Shown piece by piece: positions 25,882 to 35,433 of a stretch of DNA of 45,301 bases. Under the pieces are notes generated by a model. That model saw nothing but the letters and a program-made list of their open reading frames with translations. It was not told the origin of the DNA and searched no databases. The first letter of the stretch is position 1, and each line of letters begins with the position of its first letter. The stretch is from Gammaproteobacteria bacterium (GTDB lineage Bacteria > Pseudomonadota > Gammaproteobacteria > SZUA-229): the NCBI GenBank assembly GCA_022712755.1, contig JAFLJY010000279.1, positions 1-45,301 on the forward strand, written 5' to 3'. The translations under genes were made by a program, and so were the position numbers.

Positions 25882-26310
25882 TTATTTTTTAGACAGGGGC
25901 ATATTCGCCTCTTTCCATGCTGCAATGCCGCCTTCCAGATTATTTATATTTTCAAAACCCGCTTTTTTTAACAATTTTAACGCACGCGTAGCTGTTGTGC
26001 CTGAATTACAATAAATTAAAACCGGCTTGTCTTTGAATTTAGCATAACCATCCAGGCCTGCGGCAAACTCATTTAAAGGGGTATTTTTAGCCCCTTTAAT
26101 GTGACCATTTTTGTATTCAGACACAGTGCGAATATCAATTATTAGCGCATCATCATTGTTATTCATTAAACGAATTGCCATTGTCGCTGACAACAGCCTT
26201 CCTTTATTGACCTGATGATCTAATTCGGCTTTTATCAACATCACCAATACCCCGACCAGGGCAGCGAATAATATTAAATTGTTTGATACAAATTCAGAGA
26301 GTTGCTCCAC
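25882..26310 (-). CDS. yibN: Membrane-anchored rhodanese-domain protein (YibN-like)
   Basis: 142 aa with an N-terminal TM, a rhodanese fold and an active-site loop CNSGTTA. Its position upstream of secB matches E. coli yibN. Confidence 0.75.
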   Translation of the reverse strand: MEQLSEFVSNNLILFAALVGVLVMLIKAELDHQVNKGRLLSATMAIRLMNNNDDALIIDIRTVSEYKNGHIKGAKNTPLNEFAAGLDGYAKFKDKPVLIYCNSGTTATRALKLLKKAGFENINNLEGGIAAWKEANMPLSKK

Positions 26311-26437
26311 AATGATACCTAATGAAATTGTCCCGTTAGGACATAATTAAAGAAGAAAATTAGTAATAGATTATAACGCTTTGACTGATGTGCAGGCAAA
26401 ATAAGGCGATAGAGTTATCTAATAAAGCAGAATATTA

Positions 26438-26758
26438 TTAAGGGGCTGAACAGAAAACTTCCTGCATCATGCCTATTAAACGTAAGGTACGTGTATCGCC
26501 GACACGATAATACACTTTATTGGCATCTTTCCTGGAAGCAAGAATACCTTTATCACGCAAAATGGCAAGATGTTGAGAGATATTACTTTGTGAGGTGCCC
26601 ACAGCTTCGACGATATCCTGTACACTCACTTCCTGATCGCCTAAAGTACATAAAATCTTTAGCCGCAGAGGATGAGACATTGCTTTAAGAGAACGTGAGG
26701 CACGGCTGATATCTTCATCTCGTGACATTAAATCAGGGTCATTGGGTCGTATAGCCAT
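26438..26758 (-). CDS. ArsR/SmtB-family regulator, two-Cys BigR/SqrR/HlyU-like
   Basis: 106 aa counted from the ATG at 26758 (GAGGA Shine-Dalgarno sequence). Winged HTH SQSNISQHLAILRDKGIL. Cys37 lies in ILCTL and Cys103 in FCSAP. Confidence 0.8.
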   Translation of the reverse strand: MAIRPNDPDLMSRDEDISRASRSLKAMSHPLRLKILCTLGDQEVSVQDIVEAVGTSQSNISQHLAILRDKGILASRKDANKVYYRVGDTRTLRLIGMMQEVFCSAP

Positions 26759-26952
26759 GTTTTTTCCTCGAGGCATAAGCAAATTTAATAAACATTATTA
26801 ATAATATAATTAATAAATCATACATTAATACACTTTTTTTTGAATTGAAATAGCTAAATTAAAAAGTTTGAGTAAATTTTTTACTCGACTCTCACATATC
26901 GGCCAAAAATCAATAGAATATTCACATAACCCTATTTAACACAAACACTGAA

Positions 26953-28110
26953 TTGCGTACTTATTATTCAATATTTTTATTTTTAAGTCTTTTTTTCTGT
27001 TGTAATACGGCTTATGCATCAAAAAATGACGATAAGGCGCACTATCAAGCCAAACTCGAAAAGCTGCAAAAAAGCATCACTAAAATACAGCAACACCTTA
27101 AAGGCAGCAAAAAACAACGTAGCCATATACTCATTGAACTTCAAAAACTTGAGTCTGAAATAAGCAAAAATGCCTTATCACTCAAAAATTTAGTCAAAGA
27201 AGTACGGGTAATACAGCAGCAAAAAACTAAGCTGGAACGGGATTTAACGCAGCTCAATAAACAAGTAAACAGACAACAGATCGCTTTATCGCAGCAGATG
27301 CGCTCAGCCTATAGCATAGGGCACCAGCAAAACCTGAAAATGCTGTTAAATCAACAAAATCCAGCACAGACCGGCAGAGCGCAGGAATATTTCAACTATT
27401 TTAATCGTGCCCGCACACAACAAATTAAAAGCTTCGCCGAAACCATTAAGATAAAGGAGCAAACGGAAGCCGCTCTTCAACAAACCCTGATGACGCAAAA
27501 CGCATTGCTACGGGCACAAAAAGATAAGGAAAGAAAACGCCAAAGACAACGGTTACAACGAAAAAACTTACTGGCCGAACTGAGCAGTAAAATTAAAAAC
27601 CAGGAAAACACTTTATCCAGCCTGGAAGATAGCCGTGGTCGTATCGAAAACCTGCTCAAATCACTTGGCGAATTACTCGCAGATATTCCCACCAACCCAT
27701 CAGAAAACCGGCCTTTTGTAGCACAAAAAGGCAAACTGCCCTGGCCAGCAAAAGGTACCTTTCTTAGCAAATTTGGTCAGTCCAAAGCTCGTGGCGATTT
27801 AAAATGGAACGGGGTATTAATTAAAGCGCCTTTTGGCACGCCTGTCCATGTTATCAGCCACGGTCGCGTTGCTTTCTCGGACTGGCTACAGGGCTTCGGC
27901 TTTATTACTGTTATTGATCACGGTAACGGCTACATGAGCCTATATGGCAACAGCGAATCTTTATTCAAACAAACCGGTGACTGGGTCGCTGCGGGTGACG
28001 TAATTGCAACCGCCGGTGACAGTGGTGGACAGCCACAAAGCGGTGTTTATTTCGAAATTCGCTCCCGTGGTAAACCGGTCAACCCTGCTAAATGGTGCAG
28101 ATCTAAATAA
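26953..28110 (+). CDS. envC: Murein hydrolase activator EnvC (coiled coil + LytM/M23 domain)
   Basis: 385 aa with a signal peptide, a long coiled coil and a C-terminal M23 domain (ITVIDHGNGYMSLYGN). Confidence 0.85.
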   Translation: MRTYYSIFLFLSLFFCCNTAYASKNDDKAHYQAKLEKLQKSITKIQQHLKGSKKQRSHILIELQKLESEISKNALSLKNLVKEVRVIQQQKTKLERDLTQLNKQVNRQQIALSQQMRSAYSIGHQQNLKMLLNQQNPAQTGRAQEYFNYFNRARTQQIKSFAETIKIKEQTEAALQQTLMTQNALLRAQKDKERKRQRQRLQRKNLLAELSSKIKNQENTLSSLEDSRGRIENLLKSLGELLADIPTNPSENRPFVAQKGKLPWPAKGTFLSKFGQSKARGDLKWNGVLIKAPFGTPVHVISHGRVAFSDWLQGFGFITVIDHGNGYMSLYGNSESLFKQTGDWVAAGDVIATAGDSGGQPQSGVYFEIRSRGKPVNPAKWCRSK

Positions 28111-28150
28111 TTACGAGTAGTGGTGCATGGATGTACCACTACTCGTAATT
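28109..28150 (+). terminator. Strong hairpin after envC
   Basis: Perfect 16-bp stem AATTACGAGTAGTGGT / ACCACTACTCGTAATT with a 10-nt loop, beginning at the envC stop codon. An AT-rich tract follows. Confidence 0.65.
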
Positions 28151-28311
28151 ATTTAATAGTGGAACAAGCTGGCATTAATGCTCTCTAAGCACTATCATTT
28201 ACCTATTAACCGATTTGCGCTTAAACCATTATTCAAGCGGAGATCATTTAACATTTTATAGTGGCATTAATTTTATAATGGTATAAGTAGTTATATTTAT
28301 TGGAGTTATTT

Positions 28312-29643
28312 ATGAGTAAGCAATATAAGACCTTTCTGGTTCTGGTCTTTGGTATATTTGTTGGTGTATCAGTGTCAATAACCAGCAGTGTGCTGGCAGA
28401 GAAAAAAGTTGAAGAATCTACCACTATTCCACTTGAGGAGCTGCGGAATTTTTCAGATATTTTTGCTCGCATTAAAACCGATTATGTAGAATATGTTGAT
28501 GATAAAACCCTGCTAGAAAACGCTATTCGCGGCATGTTAACCGGGCTCGACCCGCACTCCACATACCTTGGTCCTGATGAATACAAAGAATTAAAAATCG
28601 GTACTACCGGCAAATTCGGTGGTCTTGGCATTCAGGTTTCCATGGAAAATGGCTTCGTTAAAGTTATTTCCCCGATTGACGACACGCCCGCATATCGTGC
28701 AGGACTGGAAGCAGGGGACCTGATTATCCGGCTTAATGATAAATCAGTTAAAGGCATGACATTAAACGATGCTGTTAAAATCATGCGCGGCGAACCTGGC
28801 TCTGATATCAAGTTAATCGTAATTCGTGAAGGCGCAGACAAGCCCCTTCCCTTTACTATCACCCGCGATATCATCGCAGTGAAAAGCGTAAAAAGCCGCA
28901 TTCTTGAACCTGGCTTTGGCTACATACGCATCAGTAACTTCCAGTCAAAAACAGGACGTGACCTGGTGAGTGAAGTTAGCAAACTTAAAAAAGATAATGA
29001 AAACGAATTAAAGGGGCTGGTTCTCGACTTGCGCAATAATCCTGGCGGTGTTTTAAGCGCAGCCGCTGATGTTTCTGATGCATTTATTGACAATGGTAAA
29101 CTGGTTTACACAAAAGGTCGCATCGACAATTCTGATTTTAAATTCCACGCCAAACCCGGTGACATTATGAATGGCCTGCCAATGGTTGTTTTAATTAATG
29201 GCGGCTCTGCCTCGGCATCAGAAATTGTTGCTGGCGCATTACAGGATCATAAACGTGCTGTCGTTATGGGTAGTAAATCCTTTGGCAAGGGCTCAGTACA
29301 AACTATACAGGAGTTACGTAGTGGCGGCGCAGTCAAAATGACAACGGCACGTTATTACACGCCAAAAGGTCGCTCCATACAGGGCGAAGGTATTACCCCT
29401 GACATTATACTTGGCCGATATGAAATTAAAAAAGTAGATGACGATGACACCTTACGCATTAAGGAAGCTGATCTAAACCACAGCATCAGTAACCCGACCA
29501 AATCACAGGAAGCCATAAAAAAAGCAGAAGAAGAAGGTGAAAAAGCAGAAGAAGAGCATCCAAGCTTAAGCCCTTCTGAAGATTTCCAGTTGTATGAAGC
29601 ATTATTATTATTAAAAGGCATGAGTATTCTGAGCAGGTCCTGA
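28312..29643 (+). CDS. ctpA: Carboxy-terminal processing peptidase (S41 family)
   Basis: A PDZ domain plus the S41 core (GGSASASEIVAGALQD). The start is placed at the ATG at 28312 (GGAG Shine-Dalgarno sequence) rather than the TTG at 28300. Confidence 0.9.
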   Translation: MSKQYKTFLVLVFGIFVGVSVSITSSVLAEKKVEESTTIPLEELRNFSDIFARIKTDYVEYVDDKTLLENAIRGMLTGLDPHSTYLGPDEYKELKIGTTGKFGGLGIQVSMENGFVKVISPIDDTPAYRAGLEAGDLIIRLNDKSVKGMTLNDAVKIMRGEPGSDIKLIVIREGADKPLPFTITRDIIAVKSVKSRILEPGFGYIRISNFQSKTGRDLVSEVSKLKKDNENELKGLVLDLRNNPGGVLSAAADVSDAFIDNGKLVYTKGRIDNSDFKFHAKPGDIMNGLPMVVLINGGSASASEIVAGALQDHKRAVVMGSKSFGKGSVQTIQELRSGGAVKMTTARYYTPKGRSIQGEGITPDIILGRYEIKKVDDDDTLRIKEADLNHSISNPTKSQEAIKKAEEEGEKAEEEHPSLSPSEDFQLYEALLLLKGMSILSRS

Positions 29644-29734
29644 ATTTGAATAATAAGCACATACTTTTAAAACTAATGCTGACAAAATCTACAACTCAAA
29701 CAGGGACGTTGACTTACCCCGTAAAAATAAATTC

Positions 29735-30550
29735 ATGTGCCGGTTCGTGTTATTAGCCATACGTTCACCCGTATTTGTATTCATTCTTTTTGCATTAACA
29801 AATGCACCCGCAAATGCTGAAAAATTTGTCAGTATCATTATTGACGATATAGGCAATAATTTAAAAAATGGGCAGGACATCATTAACCTGCCCGCAGCAT
29901 TAACCATTGCCATTCTTCCGAGAACAGTCCACGCTAAACAACTCGCTCAGATGGCAAAAGAAAACCATAAAGAAGTCATGCTGCACCTGCCCATGCAATC
30001 AGTAGCACATCATAAACATTCACCCGGCACCCTTAATTTACACATGACACAAAGCGAATTTAATAAGCAGTTACAGCTAAATTTAAGTTCCGTGCCTTAT
30101 GTGCGTGGTGTAAACAATCACATGGGGAGCCTGCTAACCCGGCATCCCGGTCATATGAGCTGGCTGATGGATGGACTTTCACAGCAAGGCAATTTATATT
30201 TCATTGACAGTAAAACCAGCAGCAAAACAGTCGCTGAAAAAATTGCAACTGAATACAACATACCTAACATGACACGTGATATTTTTCTTGATCCCGATAA
30301 CAACGAAAATACTCTGCGCCAGCAATTTGATCGATTTATAAAAAAAACAAAACAACAGGGTTACGCTCTGGCTATTGCACATCCATACCCGAAGACGATA
30401 AAGTTTCTGCAAAATCATTTAACAGAACTAAACCGGCAGGGCATTACATTGCTGCCGGTTTCACAATTAATTAACCACGTAAATCAGATAAATGCAAAAC
30501 GGGAGAACAATCATGTCGCATGTACTGGTACCCCTTGCACAGGGCTGTGA
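29735..30550 (+). CDS. yibQ: Divergent polysaccharide deacetylase family protein (YibQ-like)
   Basis: 271 aa with a signal peptide and VSIIIDDIG...NNHMGS motifs. Its position after envC-ctpA matches the enteric envC-yibQ arrangement. Confidence 0.8.
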   Translation: MCRFVLLAIRSPVFVFILFALTNAPANAEKFVSIIIDDIGNNLKNGQDIINLPAALTIAILPRTVHAKQLAQMAKENHKEVMLHLPMQSVAHHKHSPGTLNLHMTQSEFNKQLQLNLSSVPYVRGVNNHMGSLLTRHPGHMSWLMDGLSQQGNLYFIDSKTSSKTVAEKIATEYNIPNMTRDIFLDPDNNENTLRQQFDRFIKKTKQQGYALAIAHPYPKTIKFLQNHLTELNRQGITLLPVSQLINHVNQINAKRENNHVACTGTPCTGL

Positions 30551-31061
30551 AGAACTTGAAGCAATAACCATAACCGATTTGCTAGTACGAGCAGGCATCA
30601 CTGTAACCACCTGCGGCCTTGACGAGCAACCGGTAAAAGCTTCTCGCGGTATCACCATTATCCCGGATACCAGTATTGATAAAGTGCTAAACGACGCATT
30701 CGACCTTATCGTCCTTCCCGGCGGCTTGCCCGGAGCAGACCACCTTCGTGACAACGAACATTTGCAAACATTGATAAAAAAGCAGGCTGCAGATAATAAA
30801 TATGTCGCCGCCATCTGCGCTGCACCCAAGGCACTGGCTCAAGCAGGAATATTAGAAGGCAAAACAGCAACAGCCTATCCCGGCGTGCTAAACGCGCTCG
30901 ACAATACCAGCATCACCATCTCAGAAAACGCCGTTGAAATCGATGGCAACATTGTTACATCTCGCGGCCCCGGCACTGCGATGGATTTTGCTTTATGTTT
31001 AATTGAGCTACTGGAAGGCAAAGTGAAACGTGAAGAGGTGAACGAGCAGCTTGTGAGATAA
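30513..31061 (+). CDS. yajL: DJ-1/PfpI family protein (YajL-like deglycase)
   Basis: Begins MSHVLVPLAQGCEELE, with the nucleophile elbow AAICAAP. The ATG at 30513 has a GGGAGA Shine-Dalgarno sequence. It overlaps the yibQ tail. Confidence 0.8.
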   Translation: MSHVLVPLAQGCEELEAITITDLLVRAGITVTTCGLDEQPVKASRGITIIPDTSIDKVLNDAFDLIVLPGGLPGADHLRDNEHLQTLIKKQAADNKYVAAICAAPKALAQAGILEGKTATAYPGVLNALDNTSITISENAVEIDGNIVTSRGPGTAMDFALCLIELLEGKVKREEVNEQLVR

Positions 31062-31193
31062 AAAAATACCAATAAAATCAAATGGTTATAGAAACAAATA
31101 CCCCTGCCAAAACTGGTGTTTATAATTTTACTAACTTTCGCTATAATACCTGATCAAATTACTAGGTTATTATTTAAGAGGCAGGTGAAACCA

Positions 31194-31532
31194 ATGCAAG
31201 CAGAAGTTAACGGACAAATTATTCAGCTCAGCGAAGCTGGCTGGTTAGAAAATCTTGATGAATGGAGCGAGGAACTCGCTGTAGAAGTCGCTAAAAATGA
31301 GAAAATTGTCGATGGATTGACTGAGGAACACTGGGATATAATAAGAGAAGCACGTGACTATTTCCATGATAACGGCAGCGTCTGCGAACCACGCTCATTT
31401 TCAAAAATAATGAAGAAAAAATACGGCAAAGATCGCAGTGATCAAAAGTATATTTATTCTTTATTTCCCACCGGCCTGATCAAGTGTGCGAATAAAATAG
31501 CTGGATTACCACGACCAAAGGGTTGTAGTTAA
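31194..31532 (+). CDS. TusE/DsrC-family sulfur-relay protein
   Basis: 112 aa counted from the ATG at 31194 (AGGTG Shine-Dalgarno sequence). The C-terminal arm is ...CANKIAGLPRPKGCS, with the penultimate Cys typical of the family. Confidence 0.75.
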   Translation: MQAEVNGQIIQLSEAGWLENLDEWSEELAVEVAKNEKIVDGLTEEHWDIIREARDYFHDNGSVCEPRSFSKIMKKKYGKDRSDQKYIYSLFPTGLIKCANKIAGLPRPKGCS

Positions 31533-31641
31533 CAACAGTCCTTAATATACGTAAATTTATCCAAATCACACCATGGCATACGGATGTGCCTGATGGTGAA
31601 TATCCGCCTTCGGTCAGTTAGCGGACATACAAAAAACAATA

Positions 31642-31829
31642 TTTTTCCGCAAATGCACGCGAATAAACGCAAAGAAAAACCTTTTAAATTTTTATACCGT
31701 AGCCTGTAGGTTGGGGTGAGGTACGAACCCCAACGGGTTGTGTGTGGTTATTTGTTGGGGTTCGTACCTCACCCCAACCTACATGAAAAAGTTTTCATTT
31801 GCGTTTATTCGCGTGCATTTGCGGAAAAA
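31642..31829. repeat. Nested palindrome: perfect 32-nt inverted repeat enclosing a family-1 REPIN (31706-31782)
   Basis: The outer arm TTTTTCCGCAAATGCACGCGAATAAACGCAAA (31642-31673) is the exact reverse complement of 31798-31829. The inner part is GTAGGTTGGGGTGAGGTACGAACCCCAAC x2 inverted. Confidence 0.9.
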
Positions 31830-32019
31830 TTAAAAAGTTTTTGACTGTCCGCTATGTGTCGAAAGCAGTCACCCCATATCTGACACTCTCTGTCAGATGG
31901 TCACTCTTACGCATTCATGCGTTCGCGACATGACGTACAGGGACGTACTAATGCCGAGGTGGCATGGATGCCAATGAGCGGCGAATGCTTCCATGCACGT
32001 CAATGCAAACCTATCCATT

Positions 32020-33216
32020 TCATTTGTTTTTATTGATCTGCGAGCTTATGGCAGAATCAGTGGCGGGGTTTAAGTCTTGTTGTGGTGTTAGCCTGTTTTT
32101 TATCTTCTTGTTACTAACGTCGGCAACTTCAACTTTTTTCCCGGTACGTAAACCTAAAAAACCTCGGCTCACAATCCGGTCACCTGGGTTAAGCCCTGAT
32201 AAGATCTCTGCCTTTGAGGCAAATTGTTGTCCCTGCTCAAAATAAACCTTTTCAGCAATGGTGTCGCCTTTTTTATCTTTAATCACACGAAATACATAAG
32301 CCCCTGCTGGTTCATAGTGTATGGTATGGACAGGAATAATCAGACGGTTTGTTGCACTAAGCTTAATGTTAGCACGGCTAAACTGTCCAACAGTGGCACC
32401 CTTTGGTACTGGACTAAGCAGAATTTCAATAATGCCTTTATGCGTGCTGGCGTTAATGGTTGGGTGAATACGTGACACTTTTGCAACAAAGCCGGTATTG
32501 CCCAGGGCATCAATACGCAGTGTTACCTGCTGACCTTTTTTAACCAGTGGTAACCAGCGCTCAGCAAGGCTGGCTTTAAGGCGTAAAGCGCTGGGGTCAA
32601 TAATAGTGTGAATGTGTGATTGCGGTGCAAGCATATCGCCGGGTTCATACAGTCGTTTGGTGATAAGCCCATCAATCGGTGCTTTGATACTGGATCGTTG
32701 CAGGCGAATATGCTGGCGTTTTTCTTCGGCAATGGCTAAATCAAGTTCAGTAGCGGCCTGGGCAAGTTCTTCTTCAGTAGAGAGGTTTTTTTGTAATAAT
32801 TTTTTCAGCCGTGAAAGATCCAGCTTTGCCTGCTGTTTTGTGGCGACGGTTTTTGCGACATCGGTTTTTAATAGTGCGTTATCCAGTTGCACCAGTAGTG
32901 TGCCTTTTTTTACAGTATCACCTTCATGGTAAGGTAATTTGGTAATGCGACCACTTTCTTCATTGTATAAGCGTATTTTTGTGACCGCGATCAGTGCACC
33001 AGAAACAGTCTGGGTCAAAGAAACTGCTTTGTTTTCGACGGTAATGACTTCAACGCGGTGCAAAGTTTGTTGCACTCGGGGGGGGCTTATATTGGCTTCA
33101 CCTGCATTATCACAGGATGGCAACATTAAGCCAAAAATCAGCAGACTAACAATCAGGCGGAAAAAAGCACTTAAAAATAACCACGAAATAGGGTGATGTT
33201 TTTTCGATATAATCAT
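32020..33216 (-). CDS. Efflux transporter periplasmic adaptor (MFP/HlyD family)
   Basis: 398 aa with an N-terminal anchor, lipoyl / coiled-coil hairpin / beta-barrel segments, and a low-complexity C-terminal tail. Confidence 0.85.
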   Translation of the reverse strand: MIISKKHHPISWLFLSAFFRLIVSLLIFGLMLPSCDNAGEANISPPRVQQTLHRVEVITVENKAVSLTQTVSGALIAVTKIRLYNEESGRITKLPYHEGDTVKKGTLLVQLDNALLKTDVAKTVATKQQAKLDLSRLKKLLQKNLSTEEELAQAATELDLAIAEEKRQHIRLQRSSIKAPIDGLITKRLYEPGDMLAPQSHIHTIIDPSALRLKASLAERWLPLVKKGQQVTLRIDALGNTGFVAKVSRIHPTINASTHKGIIEILLSPVPKGATVGQFSRANIKLSATNRLIIPVHTIHYEPAGAYVFRVIKDKKGDTIAEKVYFEQGQQFASKAEILSGLNPGDRIVSRGFLGLRTGKKVEVADVSNKKIKNRLTPQQDLNPATDSAISSQINKNK

Positions 33217-33379
33217 GCCTAGAACTTTACATTAATTGCTTAAAAAGCGTAACTATTTAATAAGTTGTGAAAAAATTTGATTTTGTGATCATGCACTCCG
33301 AGCTTGTCCTCTCGACCAGCGGAAGAGGTCTTATACAGCGGTAGTGTAAGATCTCCAGAAACTAACAAGATATAACATA

Positions 33380-35221
33380 ATGATGATAGACAGACCCACT
33401 GCAGACCCACACAGCGATCGTAAAGATTTTAACAATATTAAACGCCTGCTTCCCTATGTCTGGGATTTTAAAGGCCGCGTCATTTTAGCCTTATCCTGTT
33501 TGATTTTATCCAAAGTCGCTATTGTTGGCATGCCGTTGCTATTAAAAGAAATTGTTGATGCGCTTGACGGCAAGCAGCTACTGGCAGTAGATAGCCCGGA
33601 AAAGGTTATGTTGACGCTGCCTCTGCTGTTTTTGCTGGCATATGGTGTATTGCGTTTAATGGCAAGCCTGTTTAATGAATTACGTGATGTGATATTTGCT
33701 CGGGTACGTTATCACGCAATGCGCAGCATCTCGAAACGGGTACTCAATCATTTATATTCGCTGTCACTGTCTTATCATCTGGACAGAAAAACTGGTGGCA
33801 TAACACGTGATCTTGAACGAGGCACTAATAGCCTGAGTTCAATATTAAACTATCTGGTGTTTAATATATTTCCTACTGCGGCAGAGTTTATTTTTGTTGC
33901 CATTATTTTACTGGGAAAGTACCAGCCACATTTCGCGCTTATTACATTCTCCACCGTGATCATTTATATTGTTTTTACCTTTCTGGTGTCTAACTGGCGC
34001 ATGCACTATCGCCATGAAATGAATCAACATGAATCACAGGCTAATACCTATGCGGTAGATGGTATGCTGAATTACGAAACCGTTAAATATTTTACCAATG
34101 AAGCCTATGAGTTAAATCAGTACGATAACACCCTGAATAAATGGGAAAGAGCGGCGGTAAAAAGTCAGGCTTCGATGTCATTACTCAACTTTGGTCAGGG
34201 CATAATTATTACTATCGGGGTAACACTAATGATGGTTTTTGCCGCACAGGGTGTGGTTGATGGCAACATGACCATAGGCGACCTGGTGCTGGTTAATGTC
34301 ATGATGTTGCAATTATTTATTCCCTTAGGCCTGCTTGGTATTATTTATCGTTCATTAAAGTATTCACTTGCCGACATGGATATGATGCTTAAACTTCTAG
34401 ATACCAGACAGGAAGTCAAAGACATCGAAAATGCGAAAGTTTTACAGGTAAGCGAGTCGGTTATTCGTTTTGATAATGTTTGTTTTGATTACAACAAAGA
34501 TAGAAAAATACTGGAGATGGTCAGTTTTGACATTCCGTCAGGACAAAAGGTGGCAGTGGTAGGCCCATCTGGTGCAGGCAAATCTACACTGGCACGATTG
34601 TTATTTCGATTTTATGATGTTGATTCAGGAAGCATCTCAATAGACGGGCAGAATATTAATAGTGTTACTCAAACCAGTTTGCGTGATAATGTGGGCATTG
34701 TACCGCAGGATACCGTGCTGTTTAATTATACTATCGAGCACAATATCCGGTATGCTAATCTCGATGCCAGCGAAACAGAAATACAGCAGGCAGCAAAACA
34801 TGCCAACATCCACGACTTTATCGACAGCTTGCCAGATGGGTATCAGACCGTTGTGGGTGAACGTGGTTTAAAACTCTCGGGTGGTGAAAAACAACGCATC
34901 GCCATCGCCCGTGTCATTCTTAAAAATCCCCGCATTCTGGTTTTTGATGAAGCAACATCATCACTGGACTCTCATTCGGAACAATTGATTTTAGAGTCAC
35001 TAAAAGAAGTGGCAGAAAAACACACAACCCTGGTCATCGCACACCGTCTTTCAACCATTATTGATGCTGATAATATCATCGTACTGGATAAAGGAAAGGT
35101 GGTAGAGCAGGGTACACATCAACAGTTACTGGAGCTAGACGGCCTGTACGCACACTTATGGCAATTACAACAGGAAGAAGAATCGGCAGCAGCAGAAGAA
35201 GAAGAAGGGGCAGCGATATAA
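33380..35221 (+). CDS. ABCB-type exporter, fused permease-ATPase (Atm1/HMT1-like)
   Basis: 613 aa with a 6-TM N-domain. Walker A GPSGAGKST, signature LSGGEKQR, Walker B ILVFDEATS, and an acidic tail. Confidence 0.9.
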   Translation: MMIDRPTADPHSDRKDFNNIKRLLPYVWDFKGRVILALSCLILSKVAIVGMPLLLKEIVDALDGKQLLAVDSPEKVMLTLPLLFLLAYGVLRLMASLFNELRDVIFARVRYHAMRSISKRVLNHLYSLSLSYHLDRKTGGITRDLERGTNSLSSILNYLVFNIFPTAAEFIFVAIILLGKYQPHFALITFSTVIIYIVFTFLVSNWRMHYRHEMNQHESQANTYAVDGMLNYETVKYFTNEAYELNQYDNTLNKWERAAVKSQASMSLLNFGQGIIITIGVTLMMVFAAQGVVDGNMTIGDLVLVNVMMLQLFIPLGLLGIIYRSLKYSLADMDMMLKLLDTRQEVKDIENAKVLQVSESVIRFDNVCFDYNKDRKILEMVSFDIPSGQKVAVVGPSGAGKSTLARLLFRFYDVDSGSISIDGQNINSVTQTSLRDNVGIVPQDTVLFNYTIEHNIRYANLDASETEIQQAAKHANIHDFIDSLPDGYQTVVGERGLKLSGGEKQRIAIARVILKNPRILVFDEATSSLDSHSEQLILESLKEVAEKHTTLVIAHRLSTIIDADNIIVLDKGKVVEQGTHQQLLELDGLYAHLWQLQQEEESAAAEEEEGAAI

Positions 35222-35223
35222 TT

Positions 35224-35433
35224 ATGCGTGACGTTATTTTAAAAAAACAGCCGGTTGAACTTCATAAAATTCTGAAATTTGAAGGTCTGGTGCATAGCGG
35301 TGGGGTGGCAAAGTTAGCTATCGAATCCGGTGATGTTAAGGTCAATGATAAAATTGAAACCCGCAAACGAAAAAAGATAGTTGCTGGTGATGTTATTGAG
35401 TTTAATGGTGAAATAATTCGTCTTGTTATTTAA
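35224..35433 (+). CDS. ybcJ: S4-like RNA-binding protein YbcJ family
   Basis: 69 aa, MRDVILKKQPVELHKILKFEGLVHSGGVAKLAIESGDVKVN... The ATG lies 2 nt after the ABC gene stop. Confidence 0.75.
   Translation: MRDVILKKQPVELHKILKFEGLVHSGGVAKLAIESGDVKVNDKIETRKRKKIVAGDVIEFNGEIIRLVI

Noticed and set aside
30467-30829. 120-aa minus-strand ORF across the yibQ/yajL junction
   Set aside because: It is antisense to two well-supported genes.
31116-31193. GTG-initiated hydrophobic extension of the TusE/DsrC ORF
   Set aside because: Family members are about 110 aa and soluble. The ATG at 31194 has an AGGTG Shine-Dalgarno sequence.
31964-32245. 93-aa plus-strand ORF overlapping the 3' end of the MFP gene
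   Set aside because: It starts in repeat DNA and then runs antisense to a well-supported gene, with no recognisable motifs.
35158-35223. Upstream extension of ybcJ (MAITTGRRIGSSRRRRRGS...)
   Set aside because: It lies inside the 3' end of the ABC exporter gene in another frame and is Arg-rich junk. The ATG at 35224 gives the canonical ~70-aa YbcJ.
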